Notes under the pieces: model-generated
The model's input: only the letters and a program-made list of their open reading frames with translations
Databases searched by the model: none
What the model was told of the DNA's origin: nothing
From: a virus
Lineage: Duplodnaviria > Heunggongvirae > Uroviricota > Caudoviricetes
Reading direction: 5' to 3' (one strand)
Length of the DNA stretch: 5,512 bases
Virus record (IMG/VR): IMGVR_UViG_2562617113_000009
Made by a program: the position numbers and the translations under genes
Shown here: piece by piece, positions 1 through 5,512 of the stretch
Layout of the letters: each line of letters begins with the position of its first letter
Position numbering within the stretch: the first letter of the stretch is position 1

Positions 1-2317
<2,317 letters not shown>

Positions 2318-2322
2318 TCACG

Positions 2323-2326
2323 CTCC
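2323..2326 (-). promoter_or_regulatory. Shine-Dalgarno (GGAG) for J, 8-nt spacer to the ATG; a second GAGGA abuts the ATG
   Basis: Minus-strand sequence reads ...TTTATGGAGCGTGAGGA-ATG-GGT-AAA... Confidence 0.5.
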
Positions 2327-2336
2327 ATAAATGACA

Positions 2337-2356
2337 AAACCGCCCGCAGGCGGTTT
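2337..2356. other. Perfect 8-bp inverted repeat with 4-nt loop (AAACCGCC-CGCA-GGCGGTTT on plus) in the I-J intergenic spacer; possible weak terminator or RNA structural element
   Basis: Read directly from the sequence. On the minus (mRNA) strand it is GAAACCGCC-TGCG-GGCGGTTTT followed by GTCATTT, i.e. a GC-core stem followed by a U-rich run, about 20 nt upstream of the J start codon. Confidence 0.45.
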
Positions 2357-2374
2357 CACATAAAACATTTTGCA

Positions 2375-3046
2375 TCAGCGACCAATCACCACAACCTGAC
2401 CACCGTCCCCTTCGTCTGCCGTGCTGATCTCCTGAGAAACCACGCGAGACCCCACGCGCATTTCCCCGTACAGAACAGGCAGAACATTGCCCTGGGCAAC
2501 CATGTTATCCAGTGAGGAGAAATAGGTGTTCTGCTTACCGTTATCCGTTGTCTGTGTACGGGGAGTTCTGGCTTTCGGTGCCAGCATCTGCGCCACACCG
2601 CCAAGCGTCATACTGGCACCGAGAGAAAACAGGATGCCGGTCATACCACCGGCCCCAATGGCTGCCCCCCATGCTGCAAGGGTGGCTCCGGCGGTAAAGA
2701 ATGATCCGGCAATGGCGGCAGCCCCCAGGACAATCTGGAATACGCCACCTGACTTGGCCCCGGCGACTCTGGGAACAATATGAATCACAGCGCCATCAGG
2801 CAGAGTCTCATGTAACTGCGCCGTTAACCCGGACGTGCTGACGTCCCGCCCGGCAATCCGTACCTGATACCAGCCGTCGCTCAGTTTCTGACGAAACGCC
2901 GGGAGCTGTGTGGCCAGCGCCCGGATGGCTTCAGCCCCCGTTTTCACACGAAGGTCGATGCGGCGGCCAAATCGTTGCAAATCCCCGTAAAGGCAGATGC
3001 GTGCCATGCCCGGTGACGCCAGAGGGAGTGTGTGCGTCGCTGCCAT
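2375..3046 (-). CDS. I: Tail tip assembly protein I (223 aa)
   Basis: ORF-track protein MAATHTLPLASPGMARICLYGDLQRFGRRIDLRVKTG... through ...GDGGQVVVIGR; ATG at 3046..3044 and TGA at 2377..2375 checked by hand. Length and the 103-nt overlap with the 3' end of K match lambda gene I. Confidence 0.93.
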   Translation of the reverse strand: MAATHTLPLASPGMARICLYGDLQRFGRRIDLRVKTGAEAIRALATQLPAFRQKLSDGWYQVRIAGRDVSTSGLTAQLHETLPDGAVIHIVPRVAGAKSGGVFQIVLGAAAIAGSFFTAGATLAAWGAAIGAGGMTGILFSLGASMTLGGVAQMLAPKARTPRTQTTDNGKQNTYFSSLDNMVAQGNVLPVLYGEMRVGSRVVSQEISTADEGDGGQVVVIGR

Positions 3047-3687
3047 TTGTCGGTGTACCTCTCTCGTTTACTCAGTTGTTCAGGAATATGGTGCAGCAGC
3101 TCGCCGTCGCCACAGTAAATGGCAGCATGATTCGGCACCGATGAACCAAAGCAGCACAGCAGCACGTCGCCCGGCTGCGCCTCTGACAACGGCACCTGAT
3201 ACAGCCCCGTCGCCTCCAGATTATCCAGATAGAGATTCTGACCGTGACGCCACCAGTCATCCTCGCGATGAAAATCCGGCATCTCAATCCCCGCCAGATG
3301 ATAAGCATCCCGGAACAGCGTGTAACAGTCCGTCACCCCGTGCTCAAAGCGCCGCCCGGTGAGATACGGCACACAGCGGAACTTGTGAATCGTCCCCCGG
3401 CAGACCAGCCACCACGGCAAATCACTCTGCACCTGCAGCCGCCGGTCGGCCTCACTCAGCCAGGGCAGACCACCGGGGTGGCTGTGGACCAGCGCCACAA
3501 TCTCACCCTGCATTTCTGCCTGCAGCCAGTCTTCCGGCGACATCCGGAAATACGCCTCCGGCTCACCGGAAATATTCATGCAGGGAAAATATCTTTCCCC
3601 CTCCGGCGCTCTCACCACGAAGCCGCACGACTCCGCTGGCGCACATCGCCGGGCGTGCGCCAGAATCGCTGATTCTGTTTCTGTCAT
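2944..3687 (-). CDS. K: Tail tip assembly protein K (JAB/MPN-type plus NlpC/P60-type peptidase domains); 247-aa model starting at the ATG 4 nt downstream of the L stop
   Basis: The track ORF 2944..3729 starts at a TTG (plus-strand caa at 3727..3729) that overlaps L by 38 nt. The first ATG in frame is at 3687..3685 and gives MTETESAILAHARRCAPAESCGFVV.... The protein has an HSHPGGLPWLSEAD motif (H-x-H-x7-S-x2-D) and a downstream Cys/His papain-like signature (GVTDCYTLF ... NHAAIY). The classical 199-aa lambda model would start at the internal Met (MSPEDWL..., codon 3543..3541). Confidence 0.88.
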   Translation of the reverse strand: MTETESAILAHARRCAPAESCGFVVRAPEGERYFPCMNISGEPEAYFRMSPEDWLQAEMQGEIVALVHSHPGGLPWLSEADRRLQVQSDLPWWLVCRGTIHKFRCVPYLTGRRFEHGVTDCYTLFRDAYHLAGIEMPDFHREDDWWRHGQNLYLDNLEATGLYQVPLSEAQPGDVLLCCFGSSVPNHAAIYCGDGELLHHIPEQLSKRERYTDKWQRRTHSLWRHRAWHASAFTGICNDLAAASTFV

Positions 3688-3691
3688 GGGT

Positions 3692-4390
3692 TTACTGCGA
3701 AAGTTTGTTAATGGAAAGGAAGCCGCCAAAGTTGCCGACGTTATTGCGAAACTTACAGCCGCTCAGGCATTTGCTGCATTTATCCTTCGTGATATCGGAC
3801 GTCAGCTGGTCATATTCATCCGCGACAGCCGGACCGCTATAACCGCACTCATCACCGCGATAGGTCCAGGTGCAGGTGTTGGCCAGCATGATACGTCCCG
3901 GAAAAACAGCGCCGTCCGTTTCCGTCGGCGTGGACAGTACAAAAGAGGCACTCACCGCGCTCAGTTCGCTGCACTGCTCAATGCGCCAGCGGCTGATCAC
4001 CTCCTGCTCCGGATCGGCGTCTCTGTTTCCGTTGACGAAGTTCACCGCATCCAGAAAACGGGCGTAAACCTTACGCCGGACCACCGTTCCGCCGACCAGA
4101 CTCTGCAGATCTTCCGCCATCCCGGTGACCATACCGTACAGGTTAGAGACCGTCAGCGTGGGGCGCGTACTGGTGCCTTTGCCATTCAGTTCAAAACCGC
4201 TCCCCTGAATGGGATACGGCTGATACTGTCGCCCCTGCCAGGTGACCGGCTCACCTTTTTCGTTCTGCTCATTACAGAAAAAATAACGTTCTCCACCGAC
4301 CTCTGTCAGATCGATTTCCCAGAGCACCACGCTGGCCGACTGCTCCGCACGGGTGCATTCATTCAGTGTTTCCTGCCGGATATCCTGCAT
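3692..4390 (-). CDS. L: Tail tip protein L (232 aa), with C-terminal cysteine cluster
   Basis: ORF-track protein MQDIRQETLNECTRAEQSASVVLWEIDLTEVGGERYFFCNEQNEKGEPVTWQGRQYQPYP...; recognised as lambda gpL. The ATG at 4390..4388 overlaps the M stop (TGATG). Confidence 0.95.
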   Translation of the reverse strand: MQDIRQETLNECTRAEQSASVVLWEIDLTEVGGERYFFCNEQNEKGEPVTWQGRQYQPYPIQGSGFELNGKGTSTRPTLTVSNLYGMVTGMAEDLQSLVGGTVVRRKVYARFLDAVNFVNGNRDADPEQEVISRWRIEQCSELSAVSASFVLSTPTETDGAVFPGRIMLANTCTWTYRGDECGYSGPAVADEYDQLTSDITKDKCSKCLSGCKFRNNVGNFGGFLSINKLSQ

Positions 4391-4719
4391 CAGTTCACCA
4401 CCTGTTCAAACTCTGCGCTGAACTCAACACGCAGCATACTGACCCGCGACGACCATTTTGCGCAGGTCACCTTTATCTGCCGCCACTCATAAGGCGGCGT
4501 CCACAGAAAGGATTTCCAGCCCCCGTGCTCTTCCAGAAACGACTCCAGTACCGTGGCCTCCTCACGGGGGACAGAAAGCGTCACGCTGTACGTTTTCAGG
4601 TTGGCATTCAGCCCGGCAGGCGCTCGCTGAGAATAGCCATCACCAAAGCGCACCTTTCTTACAGAAGGGACCGAAGCCACATCCATACCGGGTTTCACTT
4701 TCCAGCGGAAGGTCTTCAT
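4390..4719 (-). CDS. M: Tail tip protein M (109 aa)
   Basis: ORF-track protein MKTFRWKVKPGMDVASVPSVRKVRFGDGYSQRAPAGLNANLKTYSVTLSVPREEATVLESFLEEHGGWKSFLWTPPYEWRQIKVTCAKWSSRVSMLRVEFSAEFEQVVN; recognised as lambda gpM. The ATG at 4719..4717 overlaps the H stop (ATGA). Confidence 0.95.
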   Translation of the reverse strand: MKTFRWKVKPGMDVASVPSVRKVRFGDGYSQRAPAGLNANLKTYSVTLSVPREEATVLESFLEEHGGWKSFLWTPPYEWRQIKVTCAKWSSRVSMLRVEFSAEFEQVVN

Positions 4720-5512
4720 CGTCCACCTCCGGAGAACAGGCCACCATCACGCATCTGTGTCTGAATTTCATCACGGGCACCCTTGCGGGCCATGTCATAC
4801 ACCGCCTTCAGAGCAGCCGGACCTATCTGCCCGTTCGTGCCGTCGTTGTTAATCACCACATGGTTATTCTGCTCAAACGTCCCGGACGCCTGCGACCGGC
4901 TGTCTGCCATGCTGCCCGGTGTACCGACATAACCGCCGGTGGCATAGCCGCGCATCAGCCGGTAAAGATTCCCCACGCCAATCCGGCTGGTTGCCTCCTT
5001 CGTGAAGACAAACTCACCACGGTGAACAATCCCCGCTGGCTCATATTTGCCGCCGGTTCCCGTAAATCCTCCGGTTGCAAAATGGAATTTCGCCGCAGCG
5101 GCCTGAATGGCTGTACCGCCTGACGCGGATGCGCCGCCACCAACAGCCCCGCCAATGGCGCTGCCGATACTCCCGACAATCCCCACCATTGCCTGCTTAA
5201 GCAGAATTTCTGTCATCATGGACAGCACGGAACGGGTGAAGCTGCGCCAGTTCTGCTCACTGCCGGTCAGCATCGCCGCCATATTCTGTGCAATACCATC
5301 AAAGGTCTGCGTGGCTGCACTTTTAACCTGCGACATACTGTCCGTGGCGCTCTCTTCCCACTCACTCCAGCCGGACTTCAGGCCTGCCATCCAGCTCCCG
5401 CGAAGCTGGTCTTCAGCCGCCCAGGTCTTTTTCTGCTCTGACATGACGTTATTCAGCGCCAGCGGATTATCGCCATACTGTTCCTTCAGGCGCTGTTCCG
5501 TGGCTTCCCGTT
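4716..5512 (-). CDS. H: Tail tape measure protein H, C-terminal ~264 codons (5' end lies beyond the window)
   Basis: The track ORF 4716..5444 starts at an internal Met. Hand translation upstream of it (5445..5510) reads REATEQRLKEQYGDNPLALNNV with no stop, so the frame runs off the window edge. The C-terminal sequence ...IQTQMRDGGLFSGGGR, gene order and length fit lambda gpH. Stop TGA at 4718..4716. Confidence 0.93.
   Translation of the reverse strand, partial: REATEQRLKEQYGDNPLALNNVMSEQKKTWAAEDQLRGSWMAGLKSGWSEWEESATDSMSQVKSAATQTFDGIAQNMAAMLTGSEQNWRSFTRSVLSMMTEILLKQAMVGIVGSIGSAIGGAVGGGASASGGTAIQAAAAKFHFATGGFTGTGGKYEPAGIVHRGEFVFTKEATSRIGVGNLYRLMRGYATGGYVGTPGSMADSRSQASGTFEQNNHVVINNDGTNGQIGPAALKAVYDMARKGARDEIQTQMRDGGLFSGGGR

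Noticed and set aside
2386-2604. 72-aa minus-strand ORF inside I in another frame
   Set aside because: Fully nested within the I gene in an alternative frame, with no independent support.
3688-3729. TTG-initiated 14-codon N-terminal extension of K (the track's 261-aa ORF)
   Set aside because: It would overlap the L 3' end by 38 nt from a weak TTG. The ATG at 3687, immediately after the L stop, fits the operon's coupling pattern better. I cannot exclude it without expression data.
3578-5123. Plus-strand ORFs of 304 aa (3578..4492) and 221 aa (4458..5123), plus smaller ones
   Set aside because: Antisense to L, M and H, with no start context and shadow-ORF composition. The minus-strand genes fully account for this DNA.

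Overview
The whole window is one tightly packed, minus-strand block of siphovirus tail-tip genes in the exact order and spacing of the bacteriophage lambda late operon: H (tape measure, C-terminal part) - M - L - K - I - J (N-terminal ~771 codons). Both ends of the window cut through genes (H at the high end, J at the low end). The only non-coding DNA is a 60-nt I-J spacer containing a perfect stem-loop. All long plus-strand ORFs in the track are antisense shadows of these genes. I find no accessory cargo, defence island, mobile element, RNA gene or CRISPR array, so the suggestion of an undescribed system is not supported by the sequence. This is a lambda or very close lambdoid phage/prophage tail-tip module. 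The points worth a second look are gene-model and mechanistic details: the likely true start of K, the K/I overlap, the domain layout of I, the I-J hairpin, and cysteine-rich or glycine-rich segments in L and H. Identifications rest on my reading of the translations and recall of the lambda proteins; no database search was run.
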